Assembly (NCBI GenBank): GCA_950097015.1
Contig: CATNEN010000038.1
Location: 34,906,001 to 34,970,000, forward strand
Length of the DNA stretch: 64,000 nt
Direction of reading: 5' to 3'
Source: Macrostomum hystrix
Taxonomy: Eukaryota; Animalia; Platyhelminthes
This document shows, one piece after another, positions 60,668-64,000 of the stretch. The translations under genes were made by a program, and so were the position numbers. Every line of letters begins with the position of its first letter. Within the stretch, counting starts at the first letter, position 1. The notes below the pieces were generated by a model. The model made no database searches and had not been told where the DNA came from. It worked only from the letters and a program-made list of their open reading frames with translations.

Positions 60668-61308
60668 TAAGTAAGTATCTTACCTGTCCTAAATCCAAAA
60701 TCTGTCTCATTATAATCGATGAACTTTGCCAATTATTTTTGCTCATTCCGTAAATCTATCCAGAATTTGTTTCAGATAAATGTTTACCCCAGCAGTTGAC
60801 TCAGATTGTGGGTTCAGCTATTGTATCAAACTAGAGAGGCACTAGATTGGTGCTCGTATAATGGTTTACATAAGTGTACGAATAGCTGCTGCTTATTTTT
60901 GTTGTGCCAAGGGCAGAAATATTTATGTACAGTTTTTCTATCCAAGTTTGTAATTACTGTGTCTTTAGTGCACGCTAATTTTTTTAATTACACTCCATTT
61001 TACAGCCTTAATCAAAGTTATAAAATTTACTACTGTGACATTTCCAATACAATGCGAAGCTAAATCAAAGATTTATTGTAGACTTTATGAAATTGTGTAC
61101 GGTTCATTGTTTTGTTAATTATAAGGCGGCGAGATTTCATTTTATATTTTACGAGTTAAAACAAATAAAAAGAAAATAGGTATTGTCACATATTTCAGAT
61201 TTTTTACTGACTGAATTATAAACACCTGCTATAATGATTCTGCTAGACTTTATGTTTGCAGTCAGATATTTTTATCCGTTTTTTTAGTGCTTGCATTTAC
61301 TGTTCTGG

Positions 61309-61737
61309 CCGTGTACTCAGGACTATGTCCGTGTACTCAGGACTATGTCCGTGTACTCAGGACTATGTCCGTGTACTCAGGACTATGTCCGTGTACTCAG
61401 GACTAAGTCCGTGTACTCAGGACTATGTCCGTGTACTCAGGACTATGTCCGTGTACTCAGGACTATGTCCGTGTACTCAGGACTATGTCCGTGTACTCAG
61501 GACTATGTCCGTGTACTCAGGACTATGTCCGTGTACTCAGGACTATGTCCGTGTACTCAGGACTATGTCCGTGTACTCAGGACTATGTCCGTGTACTCAG
61601 GACTATGTCCGTGTACTCAGGACTATGTCCGTGTACTCAGGACTATGTCCGTGTACTCAGGACTATGTCCGTGTACTCAGGACTATGTCCGTGTACTCAG
61701 GACTATGTCCGTGTACTCAGGACTATGTCCGTGTACT
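61309..61737. repeat. Near-perfect 20-bp minisatellite
   Basis: Unit ccgtgtactcaggactatgt. Confidence 0.97.
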
Positions 61738-62641
61738 ACAACACTGTCAGAAATTCCTTAACCAGCAAATGCTCGTAACCATTTTACAGCTAGGTGAATC
61801 GAATCAGTAAGTGGTTGAGTGTGTTGAGAATGTCAATTTTCCTAGCCCTGCACCCGAGTCCATCACAGTCCCTAGCCTCAAGTAACAAAGAGATAAAATA
61901 AATAGAACTTTTGCAAACTTGTATAGCAATGATTATCTATAGGGCAAAATATTTCAATGACTTTTCTTTTTTAATAAAAAATGGCTGACGTCTGATAGCT
62001 GTCAGCTGATTGCTTTTCATTCGTTTATTATAATTTATTTATTCAAGTAAAGGTTTCTTCGTTTAAAACAAGTCTAAGCATGCTTTCTTCACCTAAAAAA
62101 TCTAGGAGAATGTCTGCGCATCTAAAAAAAGTAATATTAATAGTTACGCCCCACACCCACCACAGAAGTGGCCAAGAGGGGGGAAGAGAAGAGAATCGGA
62201 GTATCGCTTTCAACCGACACTTTTTCAGTATCCTGCCTAGCACTGGCTATGAATGAATGATGAATGATGAATAATTTATACTAAACTCTTAACAGTAGAA
62301 ATTGACCACGGGTTATTTCAAATCACAACACATCGTCATCGTCGGATTCAAGGATTCTCATCGGGCTGTCTGTTGGGAAAAAACCACCAATGCAGGCATA
62401 ATTGTTCAGCTCACAAATCTTCATGATGTAACCATGGCAGCCATCATTGTTGGTTATTATTTACATTAGCGAATTAATATGGATTCGCCACGGAGACTTA
62501 TACAGAGCAATGTTAGTTGTCCTTGCCATCAGGTTCTCTGACAAGAACCGCTGAATATTTCAAACATGCTGACGTCTGGTGGCTTTGAAAGTTAGTTCAT
62601 CGTAAAGGGTCGAAAATTCTGATCCACATGGTTGGACGTTC

Positions 62642-63235
62642 TATGTATCTATCTATTTGCAGGGGGGCCCGGGGCACTTGTCGCACAAGCGACGGAGCGG
62701 CACGCCCCCAGACCGGCGAACTAGGCGCTTTTGCGCCCATCGCGCCGCCTCCCCTGAGCAGGCACCACACACAGCAGCACAGACCAGCAGGGGAGGGCAG
62801 GAGGCACCCAGAATAGGCAGCAGTGCCCCCCACCCCAGCCCCACACGCACATACGAGCTAGCAGACCAAGCCGGAAGGCTGATAAGAAATCAGTCCTCAG
62901 GGGGGCGGGTGATGAGTGTACACTTATCCAATCGCGCTGACGGAAGTCCAGAAAGTGCGCGGCGGTGTACACCCGCCCTCCAGCCACCCCCCGCAAGGTC
63001 TCACGCCCCAGCGCCAACACACACAACTCACACAACGCAGAACAGTCACACAGAAGGTAGGAGCGAAGCTATTATTTCAAGCTTTGATTGCACGAAATAT
63101 GGTGCACCTCCGCCGGTCGCTACTGTCCAAACCCCCCAACAAGTCCCGAAATTAATCGTGACTTGAAGGGTGAATCGAACTAGCGTCCTTTGGAGTGCGA
63201 GGCAGCGACGTTAGCCGCTGACCCACTCGCCCCCT
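62642..63235 (-). mobile_element. SINE family B, copy 2 (~594 bp), 13-bp TSD
   Basis: TSD tggttggacgttc at 62629-62641 and 63236-63248; head GGGGGCGAGTGGGTCAGCGGCTAA..AGTTCGATTC; 3' end gcccccctgca plus TAGA-like tail, homologous to 16035-16604. Confidence 0.88.
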
Positions 63236-64000
63236 TGGTTGGACGTTCACGACAATCAGTCATTTGGTTTGGAAGCTATCATGAAGTAGGCAGTGGGTAT
63301 TTGAAAGAAAAGTCCGTTTCTTTCAACCAACGAGTAATTAAAGTCAATGCATTTTCAAACAAAGAAAATTTGTGCATTACAAATTGTTGAATTTTTTGCA
63401 TTCGCTAGCTAGAATAGGCAGAGACGCAAGCTTCAACAGAGGGTGAGAATGAATTCAGCTTTTTCATGGCACAAAAACTTTTCAAATCGGTTAAAATTAA
63501 CGCAAGTTATCTATTATTTTCTCCAATTAGTGAATTGTAAATTCACAGGCTCCATGACTTGACTTCGGCAAGCCCCAAAGTTTAACAAAAAATGTTTCCA
63601 CCCAGAAAATACGCAAAACACTTTCAGCCTCTGGCTTTTTCTATTTTTACGGAAAAGCTTGTCTAGAAATTGCAGTTTTCTATTTAGGCATTCAGCCTTT
63701 TTCCACACAGTCCAGCTCACGCAGTGAAACCTCCTTTAAAAAACTCTTTTTAAAAAGATCTTCCCCTATAATCGTCTTTTTTTCTAGAAGCGCTTCAGGC
63801 GACAAAATGTGGAAAGAAAAGCCTTCGTGTTTCCCTTTGCTATTGTCATTCAGATCTGCTATACTCTTCTAGAGCTATAGAAGAAAAAACTTTGGAGGGC
63901 CTGCAGCATGCATGGTATGAGCGGCAAGAATTTGGGATGCGGGTAAATGATGGCTGGTAGCTAACCTAGGCGGCCATCGTGTGAATGCTACGAAGCAAAA

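Overview
Eukaryotic (animal) genomic DNA, gene-dense and intron-containing. The very high load of 12-59 bp minisatellites and the poly-Q/poly-A-rich proteins resemble the flatworm Macrostomum lignano; this is an inference, not proven. I reconstructed 12 protein-coding genes by splice-site and frame analysis. On the + strand: the 3' part of a CHD7/kismet chromatin remodeller and an RNF34/RFFL-like FYVE-RING ligase. On the - strand, ten consecutive genes: membrane-anchored JmjC/cupin protein, orphan BC-box protein, small type-I membrane protein, rhodopsin-class GPCR, rpl35a, MGAT5, DZIP1, gelsolin-like, mitochondrial SSB and RPUSD1. About 30 distinct tandem arrays fill introns, UTRs and intergenic spacers; most long repetitive ORFs in the track are artefacts of these arrays. 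Mobile DNA includes two tRNA-headed SINE families (one nested in the other with a 14-bp TSD), a solo LTR, hAT and other MITEs, and decayed mariner, hAT and Gypsy fragments. Main hypotheses: (i) many array units are tandem copies of splice signals, and some arrays appear to sit in their own 3'UTR introns; (ii) three candidate operons with unpaired splice acceptors, suggesting SL trans-splicing; (iii) hAT MITEs carry and seed a minisatellite; (iv) there is a local CpG-decay (methylation) footprint.
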